NCBI RefSeq assembly: GCF_009914755.1 | Contig: NC_060926.1 | Length of the DNA: 64,000 nt | Source of the DNA: the human T2T-CHM13v2.0 reference genome, Homo sapiens | Reading direction: 5' to 3' (one strand) | Shown: positions 1 through 18,063 of the stretch, piece after piece | How positions within the stretch are numbered: position 1 is the first letter of the stretch | Layout of the letters: each line of letters starts with the position of its first letter | Position numbers and translations under genes: made by a program | Notes under the pieces: generated by a model | Databases searched by the model: none | What the model was told of the DNA's origin: nothing | The model's input: the letters and a program-made list of their open reading frames with translations, nothing else

Positions 1-135
1 TCCCATTTTACAGATGAGAAAACTCAGCCCACAGAAAAGTTTAGAAACTTGCCAATATCACATACCTGCTACATGGCAGAACCAGGATTTGCTCCCAGGC
101 TTTTCTGAATCTCAGCCCCCAATGCTCTTTCCATT
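1..135 (-). mobile_element. MIR fragment
   Basis: cccattttacagatgagaaaact...aacttgcc...ggcagaaccaggattt is the reverse of the MIR core. Confidence 0.8.
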
Positions 136-254
136 AATGAACAGTTTAAGTTGGTTTCAGTCTTATTAATGGAAGGAGAGTGGCATCTATTTTTTTCCTT
201 AGCATTACTTTCAATAAAGATTAGAGCCATCATCCAAATAACATGCGCTTCGAA

Positions 255-455
255 GGAGGCAGATATGGATTCAGAAATCTTTCCCTAGCTCCTAGCTTTG
301 CAACCACAGGCAAGTTCCTTAATCTCTTACAATTTCAGTTTCTTCACAGGGATACCTATGTCTCTCTAAGATATTATAAGGCTTAAGTGAAGTAACCTAA
401 GTCATACACCTACCTCAGGCTTGTCCTGGGCATGTCTTCTAAATAGCAACTGTTA
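255..455 (+). mobile_element. MIR fragment (degenerate)
   Basis: ggcaagttccttaatctc...cagtttcttca resembles the MIR core. Confidence 0.6.
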
Positions 456-851
456 TAATCACCTCTGGGTTATTCTAACCCTGGCCCTGGGTATAACTGT
501 GACATATCTCACCTCTGTCTGCAATTCTGAAATTGCTTTTGTATCCTGCAGACTGAAGGACCTTCCCCAGCATTCTTCCAAGCACAGTGAGAGGCAAGCA
601 CCCCAGGAAAGGATGATAGCAACTCAGAAATAATGACCTCTCCACATTGAATCTCTATTGCAAACAAATATTAGTTAGTTTGGTTATGTGTAACCACTAG
701 ATTCTTTTTGCTAAATGTCGGTAGCTACTAGTGGTTTGAAATAAGCGAGGGTGTAGATATGCCTTTCATCACCACCGTGTACTCAAAAGAGTTAATTTGT
801 TAAAATGGAAGCAAGTCTCTTAAATTTTGCAGCACACTCAAGCATGTATTA

Positions 852-1160
<309 letters not shown>

Positions 1161-1218
1161 TGTACCCCATAAATATATACACCTACTATGTACCCATAAA
1201 AATTTAAAAAAATTAAAA
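1161..1218 (+). mobile_element. L1 (L1MA/L1PB-type) extreme 3' end
   Basis: tgtaccccataaatatatacacctactatgtacccataaaaattt matches an old L1 3' terminus. Confidence 0.7.
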
Positions 1219-1474
1219 CTCATTTATTAGAAAGAGAGCCCAAGATAACCCTATATCCTGTTCTGTAAGCTCCTGAAGTCTCAAGTCTTTGACCACAACT
1301 TGCATTAAATGTTTACTCAAAGTAAAAATGTGACTATATCCTAGAAGTAACTTCATAGTTGGCACCAGGCAACCAGAATGCTTTGAGTCAGAAGCTGGAC
1401 ATGGGCCCATTTAGGTCAAGCCTCAAATGCCATTCTAGGAGGGGGAGGGACAAACGCCTTGCTACCAACCAATG

Positions 1475-2110
<636 letters not shown>

Positions 2111-2246
2111 TACAAACCAATTTTAGCCAACCTACCTTCTTGAATGCAATGAATTTCACCAATAAAATTACTCTTCTAACATCCCTTGGGATAATTAACA
2201 AAATCCTTGCCGTTGATTGGAGAGAAAGACAGCTGGAGTGCAGGCA

Positions 2247-2411
2247 TTTTTGCTTTTTTTGAAATAGGGTCTGCTCTGTCGCCCAGGCTGGAGTGCAGCG
2301 GCGGGATCTTGGGTCACTGCAACCTCTGCCTCCAGGGTTCAAGTGATTTTCCTGCCTCAGCCTCCTGAGTAGTTGGGATTACAGGCACACACCACCACCA
2401 CCCCCCGGCTA
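2247..2411 (-). mobile_element. 5'-truncated Alu (right arm)
   Basis: Right monomer only; TSD gtgcaggcattt/gtgtaggcattt. Confidence 0.85.
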
Positions 2412-2967
2412 AAAGTGTAGGCATTTAATTACAGGTGCTCTACCGCTCCTGGAGTGTGCATTTGTTATTGGGATGAGGGTATATGCTGCTGTCTCTGGCA
2501 TGTGGATTGAAACCAGTGAGCATGCACATATATGTCATTTGATAGCCTGTGCTAATATATTTTAAAGCAAATTACAGCCAACACAACCACCGCCCTCTTC
2601 CCTACCCAAGTCAGCCTTAGAAAGCACTTGCTTCAGGGGTTGGTGAGGAGGAGGGTCCCCTGGCATCCCCTTTCATAGGGACAGTGCACTCATCCATCTG
2701 TCATCTAGGGCAGTTCACCCAACCTCTGCTTGCATTTCCCTATCTCTGTACTTATATTATGTCAACATATTTGAAAGGCTCCAACAAAAGTCTAGCTAGC
2801 ATCCAGCTCCTCAGAGTACCCTCCCAAGACTTTCCAGCCTGCACCCAGGCCAGGCACTCCTCTCTGGAGAAACAAGGACAAGGAGAGGCCAAAAGAGATG
2901 AGGGAGCAGAACTAGGCAGGGAAAAGCAAATCTTAGGTTTCCTTTTTAGCTCTTTTTGCATCTCAAA

Positions 2968-2988
2968 ACACACACACACACACACACA
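2968..2988. repeat. (CA)n microsatellite
   Basis: Direct reading. Confidence 0.95.
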
Positions 2989-4036
2989 TTAGAATAGAAG
3001 AATCATAACAAATGGCAATGATTGTGAGTCTGCACATGTGCCAAGGAAAATTACGGTAGGGAATGTACAAATGGCCCTGTCCTATTCCAGATTCTTTCCC
3101 GATTTTACAACCAGTTTGTTTCATTTGTTTATAAGTCAGAGAACCTATATTAAGAACCCCTACACCATAATAGTATTAAATCAAAGGACAAAACCTTGCA
3201 ATGTTCTCTAATTAGCTCTGAAAGATTACTAATCTTCAGCTGATACAGAATCTGCATTCTATTTCAATCATAAGCTCCTAAGCAGAAAGAAAAGAATTTT
3301 GATCGATTAAAAGGACCTTCATAAACTGGAATCTTCCCAAGGTACAAATTACACTGTTCATTCTGAGAACCCAGGATTTGACCTAAAAATGTTTTCTTTG
3401 CATGTTCAGCCATCACTGAACCAGTAAGAGCAGGACATCCTCTTATCCTGTCTGATTTCCGATTGTTATTCACCAGACTATACTGCGTCCTTTCCTCTTT
3501 CACTTCATCACACCTATTGATGTTAACATATTTTTTCTTCTGGATTTTAAGTATGTGTTTATTACCGTATTATTTAATCTACCCCCTAATTACCGAAATC
3601 TGTGTAAAACTATTCATGTCCCAATTATGTTATAACATATGTAGTCTATGGACATGATATAGTTGGGATACTGTTCTCCTCCAAATCTCAGGTTGAAATT
3701 TTGTAACCACATCAGAGCAATCTGGTTCAATTATCATGTAATAAAGTTGTGAGTTGTTTATTGGTTGCCATGGACGCCCAGGTTAAAGGTCAGGTAACCT
3801 GAGCACGCTCAAAGGAACCAAGCTTTGCAACCCCAGGGGGAACCTAAATGCTCAGACAAAGGAACAGGGACTAAATTAAGAAGCCACGCTGCCTGGCAGA
3901 ATCCAGGATCCAATCAGATTGAGCTCTGGCATCACCCCATGGCAGGATCCAGTTAGATCATGCCTCCCGGCATCACCTCATTGCAAGATCTAATCAGATC
4001 ACACTTCATTACCCTATACTTATAAGACCGAACCCA

Positions 4037-4343
<307 letters not shown>

Positions 4344-4379
4344 CTCAACCCAAACCCCTGCTTGGCAAGACAGATTTGA

Positions 4380-4805
<426 letters not shown>

Positions 4806-4921
4806 TGATCCCTAGTGTTGGAGGTGGGGCCAAGTGGGAGGTGTTTGGGTCATGAAGGCTGATCCCTCATGAATGTCTTGGTGCTGTCCTCATGGTAATG
4901 AGTGAATTCTTACTCTAGTAG

Positions 4922-5508
<587 letters not shown>

Positions 5509-5584
5509 TGACACATGAGTGCATAGCTTCAGTGAAAGCAAGCTCAAATGTTTAATTCCCCTCATGTTACAGAAAATGCTATGA

Positions 5585-6102
<518 letters not shown>

Positions 6103-6211
6103 TAGAGTCTCAAAGCTGGAACTCACCAATTATAACTCGGTGATAAATAGAATTGTGTCTGTTAAATATTTATTTCTCCTCTTAAGTTTCCTTTGACAAA
6201 CAAATACCTCA

Positions 6212-7001
<790 letters not shown>

Positions 7002-7500
7002 AATTGTTTCTTTTTAATGATGGTGGGGGAAAATAAATGTTAGGGGTGGGTGGTGGTCCATATGGAGAAAACATCATCTTGATGCCTTGCAGAACTTATA
7101 AGGAGGAGCATTTGAGACTGAATTATCTAGAATTTAATTTAGTAATTGAAAAGTTGGGAGGAAGATTTTACATTAAATGAAGCTGAATGAACACAGGCAT
7201 TTATCTTTTCTCTCCTCCAAAGCTCCATTAAAATTATAGTAAATGGGATTAAAAGGAAATAAACTCGCAAGGATAAAAATAATAGGAGGGTAGAAAACAG
7301 CAGACTAGATAGCAATAACACTTTGGAAGTTGGAATGGAATGGAAAATGGTCTAAAAGATGGAAAAAGCACAAATCTAAAGAGACTCGGGAGAGCCCTGG
7401 TTGCACAGAGCTGAGCAATGTCTAGACAATTAGCTCTGAATTTCCCCAGGTTTCTGAGGGCTGGTTGAAACATGTGGATGAAAATAAGAAGTGTTGGTTG

Positions 7501-7645
7501 GGCCAGGCACGATGGCTCACGCCTGTAATCCAAACACTTTGGGAGGCCAAGGAGGGAGGATCACTTGAGTCCAGGAATTTGAGACTAGCCTGGGCAACAT
7601 AGCAAAAACCTTGACTCTACAAAAAAAAAATAAAAGAAAAAAAAG
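7501..7645 (+). mobile_element. FLAM / Alu left monomer
   Basis: Monomer plus A tail; TSD aagaagtgttggttg/aagaagcattggttg. Confidence 0.85.
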
Positions 7646-9780
7646 AAGCATTGGTTGAAAGTTTATGGAACACTTTCAGTTTCTTTTCCCACATGCATAA
7701 TCAGGAAAGTAGGTGATATAGTTTGAATGTATGTCCCTGCCCAAATCTCATGTTGAAATGTAATCCCCAGTGTTGGAGGTGGGGCCTGGTGGAAGGTGAT
7801 TGGCTCATGCGGGTGGATCTCTCATGAATGGTTTAGCACCACCTGCTTGGTACTGTCCTCACTATAGCAAGTGAGTTCCTGTGAGATCTGGTCATTTAAA
7901 GGTGTGTGGCACCTCCCCCATCTCACTCTTGCTCCTGCTCCTGCTGTGTGAGACGCCTGATCCCCCTTCACCTTCTGCCGTGATTGGAAGCTTCCTGAGG
8001 CCTCTCCTGAAGCAGATGCTGTCATGCTTCCTGTAAAGCCTGAAGAACCATGAGCCAATTAAACCTCTTTTCTTTATAAATTACCCAGTCTCATATTTCT
8101 TTATAGCACATGAGAATAGACTAACACAGAAAATTTGTACCAAGGAGTGGGACATTACTATAAAGATACCTGAAAATGTACAAGCAGCTATGGAACTGGG
8201 TAACAGGCAGAGGTTGGAACAGTTTGGAGGGCTCAGAAGAAGACAGGACGATGAGGGAAAGTTTGGAATGGCTTAGAGACTGGTTAAATGGTTGTGACCA
8301 AAATGCTGATAGTGATATTGACAGTGAAGTCCAGGCTGAAGAGGTCTCAGATGGAAATGAGGAACTTACTGAGAACTGGAGCAAAGGACACTTTTGTTAT
8401 GACTTAGCAAAGAACTTGGCTGCATTGCGCCCTTGCCCTAGGATCTGTGGAACTTTGAGCTTGAGAGTGATGACATAGGGTACCTGGTGGAAGAAATTTC
8501 TAAGCAGCAAAGCATTCAAGATGTTGCCTGGCTGCTTCTAACAGCCTGTGCTCATGTGTGTGAGCAAAGAAATGACCTAAAGTTGGAACTTATATTTAAA
8601 AGAGAAGCAGAGAGATTTGTATAATTAAAAAGAAGCCAAGTGCTCATAGCCAAGATGAAGGGGGAAAGGCCTCAAGGCATTTCAGAGACCTTTGAGCAGT
8701 CCCTCCCATCACAGAACCAGAGGCCTAGGAGGGAAGAATGGTTTTGTGAACCAAGCCCAAGGTCCCACTGCCCTGAGCAGCCTTGAGACATTGCTCCCTA
8801 CAGCTCCAGCTCCTACCACGGCTCAGAGGGCTGCATGTACAGCTCAGACCATTGCTTCAGAGAGTACAAGCCATAAATTCTGGTGGCTTCCATGTGGTGT
8901 TAAGCCTGTGGTGTACAGAGTGCAATAGTTGAGGCTTGGGAGTTTCCACCTAGATTTCAGGTAATGTATGGAGCCTGGGTGTCCATGCAGAAGCCTGGTG
9001 CAGGAGTGGAGCCCCTGTGGAGAACCTCGAGTAGGGCAGAGGAGAGGGGAAACATGAGGTTGGAGCCCCCACACAGAGTCTCTAGCAGGGCACTGCATAG
9101 AGAAGCTGTGAAAAGAAGGTTGCCATCCTCCAGGTGCCAGAATGGTAAATCCACCAACAGCTTACAACATGTACTGAAAAAGCTGCAGGCACTCAACACC
9201 AGCCCAGGAGAGCAACTCTTGGGGCTGAACCCTGCAAAGCCATAGAAGCAGAGGTGTCCAAGGTTTTGGGATCCCACCCCTTGCACTAGTGTGTCCTGGT
9301 TGTGGAACATGGAGTCAAAGGAGATTATTTTGGAGCTTTAAGATTTAATGACTGCCCTCCTGGGTTTTGAACTTGCATGGGGCCTCTAGTCCCTTTCTTT
9401 TGGCCAATTTCTCCCTTTTGGAATGGGAAGGTTTACTCAATGCCTATAGCCCATTGTATCTTGGAAGTAACTAACTTTAAAAAATATTTTACAGGCTCAC
9501 AGGTGGAAGGGTTTTGCCTTGTCTCTCATGAGACATTGGACTTTGAACTTTAGAGTTAATGCTGGAATGAGTTAAGACTTTGGGGAACTGTTTGAAAGGC
9601 AGAATGTATGTTGCAATGTGAGAAGGACATGAGATTTGGGAGAAGCCAGGGGAAGAATGATATAGTTTGGATGTATGATCCCACCCAAATCTCATGTTGA
9701 AATGTAATCCCCAGTTTTGGAGGTGCGGCCTGGTGGGAGGTGACTGGATCATGGGAGTGGATAGCTCATGAATGATTTAG

Positions 9781-10113
<333 letters not shown>

Positions 10114-12439
10114 CCAGATCGCATCTGAATTGTAACTCCCACAATTCCCATGTGTTGTGAGAGGAACCCGGTGGGAGGTGATTGAATTATGGGGGGCAGG
10201 TCTTTCCTGTGCTGTTCTTGTGATAGTGAATGAGTCTCACAAGATCTGTTGGTTTTATAAAGAGGAGTTCCCCTGCACAATCTTTCTTTGCCTGCTGCCA
10301 TCCACGTAAGATGTGACTTGTTCCTCCTTGCCTTCTGCCATGATTGTGAGGCCTCCCCAGCCACGTGGAACCGTGAGTCCAATTAAACCTCTTTCTTTTA
10401 TAAATTGCCCAGTCTTGGGTATGTCTTTATCAGTGGCATGAACACAGATTAATACAGTAAATTGGTATTACTAGAGTGGGGTGTTGTTAAAAAGATACCC
10501 AAAAATGTGAAATCAACTTTGGAACTGGGTAACAGGCAGAGGTTAGAAGAGTTTGGAGGGCTCAGCAGAAGACAGGAAAATGTGGGAAAGTTTGGAACTT
10601 CCTAGAGACTTGTTGAATGGCTCTGACAAAAATAATGATAGTGATATGAACAATAAGCTCCAGGCTGAGCTGGTCTCAGATGGAGAAGAGGAACTCGTTG
10701 GGAGCTGGAGCAAAGGTGACTCTTGTTATGTTTTAGCAAAGAGCTGGCAGCATTTTGCCTCTGCCCTAGAGATTTGTGGAACTTTGAACTTTAGAGAGAT
10801 GATTTAGGGTATCTGGCAGAAGGAATTTTTAAGCAGCAAAGCATTCAAGAGGTGACTTCGGTGCTGTTAAAGGCATTCAGTTTTATAAGGGAAGCAGAGC
10901 ATGAAAGTTCAGAAAATTTGCAGCTTGACAATGCAATAGAAAAGACAATCCAATATTCTGAGGAGAAATTCAAGCTGGCTGCAGAAATTTGCATAAGTAA
11001 CAAGAAGCCAAATGCTGATCCCCAAAACAATGGGGAAAATATCTCCAGGGTATGTCAGAGGTCTTCATGGCAGCCCCTCCCATCACAGGCCCTGAGGCCT
11101 AGGAGAAAAAAATGGTTTTGTGGACCAGGCCCAGGGACCCTGTGCTTGTACAGTCTAGGGAATTGGTGCTCTGCTTCCCAGCTGCTGTAGCCATGACTAA
11201 AAGGGGCCAAGGGACAGCTCCGCCTGTGGCTTCAGAGGGTGCAAGCCCCAAGCCTTGGCAGCTTCCATGTGGTTTTGAGCCTGAGGGTGCAAAGAAGTCA
11301 AGAATTGAGGTTTGGGAACCTCTGGCTATATTTCAGAGGATGTATGGAAATGCCTGGATGTCCAGGCAAAAGTTTGCTGCACAGGCGGGGCTCTCATGAA
11401 GAACCTCTACTAGGGCAGTGTGGAAGGGAAATGTGGGGTTGGAGCCCCCCCCCACAGAATCCCTACTGGGGCACTGCCTACTGGAGCTGTAAGAGGGCCA
11501 CCATCCTCCAGACCCCAGAATGGTAGATCCACTAACAGCTTGCACCATTTGCCTGGAAAAGCCACAGACACTCAACAAAAGCCCATGAAAGCAGCTGGGA
11601 GGGAGTCTGTACCCTGCAGAGCCACAAGGCCAGATCTGCCCAAGACCATGGGAACCCACTTCTTGGATCAGCGTAACCTGGATGTGAGACACGGAGTCAA
11701 AGGAAATCATTTTGGAGCTTTAAGACTTGACTGCTCCTTTGGATTTTGGACTTGTATGGGGTCTGTAGCCTCTTTGTTTTGGCCAATTTCTCCTATTTGG
11801 AATGGCTGTATTTACCCAATGCCTGTACCCCATGGTATCTAGGAAATAACTAACTTGCTTTTGATTTTACAGGCTCATAGGCAGAAGGGATTTGCCTTGT
11901 CTCAGATGAAATGTTGGACTGTGGATTTTTGAGTTAACGCTGAAATGAGTTAAGACTTTGAGGGGCTGTTGGGAAGGCATGATTGGTTTTAAAATGTGAG
12001 GACATGAGATTTGGGAGGGGCCAGAGGTGGAATGCTATGGTTTGGCTGTGTCCCCACCCGAATCTCATCTTGAATTTAACTCCCACAATCCCCATGTGTT
12101 ATAGGAGGAACCCAGTGAGAGGTGATTGAATTATGGGGGCAGGTCTTTCCTGCACTGTTCTCCCGATAGTGAATGAGTCTCACAAGATCTGATGGTTTAA
12201 AAAGAGGAGTTCCCTTGCACAAACTCTCTTTGCCTGTTGTCATCCACATAAAATGTGACTTGCTCCTCCTGGCATTCTGCCATGATTGTGAGGCCCTCCC
12301 ACCACCACCCCCGCCCCCCCACCACCACCCCTGCCCCCCCCAGCCACATGGAACTGTGAGTCCAATTAAACCTCTTTCTTTCGTAAGTTGCCCAGTCTCA
12401 GGTATGTCTTTATCAGCAGCGTGTAAATGCACTAATACA
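10114..12439 (+). mobile_element. THE1 (B/C-like) MaLR element: 5' LTR 10114-10456 (first ~23 nt missing), internal 10457-12032, 3' LTR 12033-12439
   Basis: Two THE1 LTRs ending taataca; internal begins gtaaattggta; 3' LTR begins tgctatggtttggctgtgtcccc. Confidence 0.92.
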
Positions 12440-13061
12440 AAAGCCTAAAGAACTGTGAGCTAACTAAACCTCTTTTGTTTATTAATTACCTAGTCTCAAG
12501 TATTTCTTTATAGCAATGTGAGAACAAGCTAACACAATGTGGAAAGTGCCTAGTTCAAGAAAAATGACCTACATATGTTGACATTTGGGGCTCCCTCCAT
12601 GAAAAATACCAGCTAAGTACCTTGTCCCCACTATGAGAACCTCCCATCAACAAGCACAGTGCATGCCCACACAACTTCCATCCACTTTTTAGAGGTTCAT
12701 TTTGAAATATGAATGGACCACATTGTATCTCAGGACACTTAGAGAATGCCTTTTTAGGAAAGACAGAGACCAAAACAAACAACCAGAAGACAATGGAAAA
12801 ATAAAACAAAAACAGAGACAATGCAGGAAGTAGAAGAAAACTTTTCCAAAATCTATAATAAAAATCCCCAGAGAACTAAGAGCAAAATATTCACCATAAC
12901 ACTGGAGCAGGAGACTATAAAAAAGGAATGGAGAACAAGGAAAACTCTACAAAATTTAAAAATATAATTGCAAAAATGAAAATTTTAATAGAAGAACTGG
13001 AAAATGAGGTTGAGGACAATTTCCCAGGAAGTACAACAAAAACAAAAAAAGGAAAGCAAAA

Positions 13062-13140
13062 CAGTGAGCTGAGATCACACCACTGCACTCCAGCCTGGGT
13101 GACAGAGCAAGACTCTGCCAAAAAAAAAAAAAAAAAAAGA
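13062..13140 (+). mobile_element. Alu 3' fragment
   Basis: cagtgagctgagatcacaccactgcactccagcc plus A tail. Confidence 0.85.
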
Positions 13141-13386
13141 TACAGAAAGAAGGAGAAAAGAGATAGAGTCAATCTAAATGGGTATCTGACAAATTGAAGT
13201 ACATAAAGAAAGAATAGACAAAAGGAGGGAGAACATTATTTATAACAAACAAAAATCATGAGATAATTTCCCAGAACTAGAGGAAATGAGTCTCTATATT
13301 GCAAGGGCCCATTTTCAATGAACGATAAAATTTAAGGACCCAGTTTGAAGGATATGTAGCTCAATGAACAAGAAAAGACCTGTACT

Positions 13387-14010
<624 letters not shown>

Positions 14011-14176
14011 CTTGCCAAGATTATTTCATAGCATCCAGGATAAAAAGATCCTAAACTCTTCCAAAAAGAAGGAAAAGATCACAAACAGATGATTAGGAAT
14101 CAAATCAATATTGCAATTCTCAGTAAAGCACTGAAGCTATTAGACAGTGGAATAAAATTTTCAAAACTCTGAGGGT

Positions 14177-14470
14177 GGCCAAGCTCAGTGGCTCACACCT
14201 ATAATCCCAGTATTTCGGGAGGCTGAGGTGAGAGGATCACTTGAGCCCAGAAGTTCAAGATGAGCCTGGGCAACTTAGCAAGACCCTATCTCTACAAAAT
14301 AATTAAAAAATTAGCTGAGTGTGGTGGCATATACCTGCAGTCCCAACTACTTGAGGGGCGGAGGTGGGAGGAACTTTTGAGTCCAGGAGTTTGATGCTGC
14401 AATGAGCTTTGATTGTGCCTCTGCACTTCAGCCTAGGCAACAGAGCAAGACTGTGTCTCAAAAAAAAAAG
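14177..14470 (+). mobile_element. AluJ
   Basis: Dimer; TSD aactctgaggg/aattctgaggg. Confidence 0.9.
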
Positions 14471-15013
14471 AAAATTCTGAGGGAGAGTGATTTTAAACTA
14501 GGAATTCTATACCCAACTAAACTGTTAATCAAATATGAGAGTAAAATAAGACAATTCCAGACAACTTAAAAACTTTACTTGCCAAATGTACTTTCTCAAG
14601 AAATACTGAAGAAAATAAAACAAGAGAGTTAGTCAAGAAAAAGGGAAGGAAATGGGAGCCAGAAAGTAAAGGACTCAACACAGTACACAGTCAAAGGGAA
14701 TTCCCCCAACAAAGGTCAAGGCGAGTGAATCTCAGCACAACAGCCTTGCAAAAGGTCAGAAAGCGCCAGATCTGGTGTGAAGCAGGAAGTCCCAGGGCAC
14801 CAGGGGAGCTAGTAACTTGAGAGATTTTCTGATGGAGAGGAACTGGGTTCAGAAGAACTTGAAGTTCTGACAGAGTGTTTGAGAAAAAAGTTGAAAGAGG
14901 TTGTCTGTAGGGCATAGGCATGAGATGGGAGGAAATGAAGCAGAAGGCTGTTGTTTTTCATTATACATTTAAAGAACAATATGTCATAAAATTATGTACT
15001 GTAAGAAATATAA

Positions 15014-15305
<292 letters not shown>

Positions 15306-15442
15306 AAGAAATGTAAAATTGTTAAATAATTTTAAATCATGAGAGGAACTTTAGAAATAGACAGTATACATTTAGGGAAAAAATAATGTTTAGAAGTAGG
15401 AGTGCTTAGAGGTAGGAATGCTTTATTTTATTTCAGAGGACC

Positions 15443-15954
15443 TGCCGAGACCAGCTCAGTCGGGGAGACCCTAACCAGCAGCGCTAGAGGAATTAAAGAC
15501 ACACGCACAGAAATATAGAGGTGTGAAGTGGGAAATCAGGGGTCTCACAGCCTTCAGAGCTGAGAGCTCCGAACAGAGATTTACCCACGTATTTATTAAC
15601 AGCAAGCCAGTCATTAGCATTGTTTCTATAGATATTCAATTAACCAAAAGTATCCCTTATGGGAAACGAAGGGATGGGCCGAAATAAAGGGGTGGGTCTG
15701 CCTAGTTATCTGCAGCAGGAACATGTACTTAAGGCACAGATCGCTCATGCTCTTGTTTGTGGTTTAAGAATGCCTTTAAGCGGCTTTCCACCCTGGGTGG
15801 GCCAGGTGTTCCTTGCCCTCATTCCGGTAAACCCACAACCTTCCAGCGTGCGCGTTATGGCCATCATGAACATGTCACAGTGCTGCAGAGATTTTGTTTA
15901 TGGCCAGTTGTGGGACCAGTTTATGGCCAGATTTTAGGAGGCCTGTTCCCAACA
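15443..15954 (-). mobile_element. MER9 solo LTR (HERV-K9/HML-3)
   Basis: Reverse reads tgttgggaacaggcc...aatctggccataaactgg...gagctggtctcggca; 6-bp TSD aggacc/aagacc. Confidence 0.9.
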
Positions 15955-16217
15955 AAGACCATGGCCTATAATTTCCTCACTTTACTCCTAGGAAGACAGA
16001 TGGCCAACACTGAATTTTCTATTTCAGTTACTGCTGGCATGGGAAAATGAGTCACCAAAATTCACAGATTCCTCCTCATTGCGTAATAACTAAAACGAAT
16101 GTTTGGGTTTCCGGTGGCACCAGCTCTTATTTCTCAGTTCAGCACACCCTTAAACCTCCGTCCTAAAGGATTGAGCATTGTTTTAGATGCTTGGGAATGG
16201 GCAAAAGAGATCACAAT

Positions 16218-16880
16218 TTGAGTGTGTGTGACCCCCCCAAAATTCATATGTTGAAACCTAATCCCCAATGAGATGGTATTAGAAGGTGGGGCCTTTGGGA
16301 GGTAATTAAGTCATGAAAGTGGCCCCTTGGGAATGGGAGTAGTGCCCTTTTATTTATTTTATTATTATTATTATTTTTTTTTTTTGAGATGGAGTCTCTC
16401 TCTGTTGCCCAGGCTGGAGTGCAGTGGTGCGATCTCCACTGCAACCTCTGCTTCCCAGGTTCAAGCAATTCTCGTGTCTCCGCCTCCCAAGTAGCTGGAA
16501 TTACAGGTGCCTGCCACCACACCTGGCTAATTTTTGTATTTTAGGTAGAGATGGGGTTTCACTATGTTGGCCAGGCTAGTCTCAAACCCCTGACCTCAAG
16601 TGATCCACCCGCCTCAACCTCCCAAAGTGCTGGGATTACAGGCATGAGCCACCGCGCCTGGCCTTAGTGCCCTTTTAAAAGGAGCCTCAGAGAGATCCCT
16701 GGCCCCTTCCACGCTGTGAGGACAGAGGGAGAAGATGGGCATCCATGAATCAGGAAGCAGGCCCTCAGCAAACGTGGACTCTGCTGGCACCTTGACCACC
16801 GGCTTTCCAGTTTCCAGAACTGTGAGAAATAAATATCAGTTGTTTATTAGCTACCTAGTCTAAGCTATGTTGTTATAGTA
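16218..16880 (+). mobile_element. MLT1A-like MaLR LTR split by a reverse AluS (16352-16663)
   Basis: cccccaaaattcatatgttgaaacc...ccagaactgtgagaaataaa; Alu TSD tagtgccctttta. Confidence 0.85.
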
Positions 16881-17444
16881 GTCTGAACAGACTAAAATGC
16901 CAGGCATTCACTCATTGCAGCAGGTTGGGCTTAACATTTCATTGTCAGAGCTATTTTGCAAGTCTGTAGGAACAATGATTAACTTGTAGAATTTTGTCTC
17001 ATGGGAATGCAAACTAGTTTCTGTCCAGTGGAACAGATAATCCCACAGGTTATAGTTTTTGGCCCTGTTGGACATTAATCAGTTCCATTCCTGAACCAGC
17101 AATGTATAAAATTGCCAATCTATAACTAGTTTCTTAAATGCTTATACTATCTTATTAATTACCACATTTTACTTGTGCCCTTATAATTAATGAGTTAACT
17201 AAATCTTTGACATATTTTCAGTTTATATTTGCATAAGATTCATGATTTTACCTTTCTGAAAATTATACCTTAACAATGACTAAGATTAAATCGATAAAAA
17301 CATTTTTGAAATTCTAATTATTGGAACCAGTCTTTCAAACCCACAGTTACAGAAATTGACTTTCTTTTTCTAACCAAAGCAACTAAGTAGAAGAAACAGA
17401 TTGGGTTTCATCTTCTTTCCTGTTCTGGTTGGAGATGCTAATTA

Positions 17445-18063
17445 TGTTACAGGAAAGGGGTCCCAATCCAGACCCCAAGAGAGGGTTCTTGGATCGTGCA
17501 CAAGAAAGAATTCGAGGAGAATCCATAAAGTGAAAGCAAGTTTATTAGGGAAGTAAAGAAACAAAAGAATGTCTACTCCCTGGGCAGAGCAGCAGCATGG
17601 GCTGCTTGATTGAGTATACTTGTAGTTATTTCTTGATTATATGCTAAATAAGGGCTGGGTTATTCATGAGTTTTTCAGCAAAAAGGTGGACAATTCCCAG
17701 AACTGTGGTTTCCTCCCTTTTAGACCAGATACAATAGCTTCTTGACATTGTCATGGCATCTGTAAACTATCATGGTGCTGGTGGGAGTGTCTTTTAGCAT
17801 GGTAATGCATTATAATTTGCGTATAATGAGCAGTGAGGACGATCAGAGGTCACTTGCATCACCATCTTGGTTTTGGCCAACTTCTTTACCAAAACCCGTT
17901 TTATCAGCAAGGTCTCTGTGACCTGTATCTTGTGCCAACCTCCCATCTCATCCTGTGACTAAGAATGCCTAAACCTCCTGGGAATGCAGCCTAGTACGTC
18001 TCAGCCTTATTTTACTCAGCCCCTATTCAAAATGGAGTCACTCTGGTTCAAACGCCTCTGACA
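17445..18063 (-). mobile_element. MER41 (MER41B-like) ERV1 solo LTR
   Basis: Reverse reads tgtcagaggcgtttgaaccagag...cccctttcctgtaaca; perfect 4-bp TSD atta. Confidence 0.9.
17694..17702. promoter_or_regulatory. GAS (STAT1) motif TTCCCAGAA within MER41
   Basis: Matches TTCN3GAA at the position of the known MER41B GAS pair; the second site is degraded. Confidence 0.5.

Noticed and set aside
10348-10368. PRDM9 13-mer in THE1 LTRs (also checked near 28680, 36905, 51415, 53600)
   Set aside because: All have C rather than T at motif position 7, or other mismatches; none match CCNCCNTNNCCNC.
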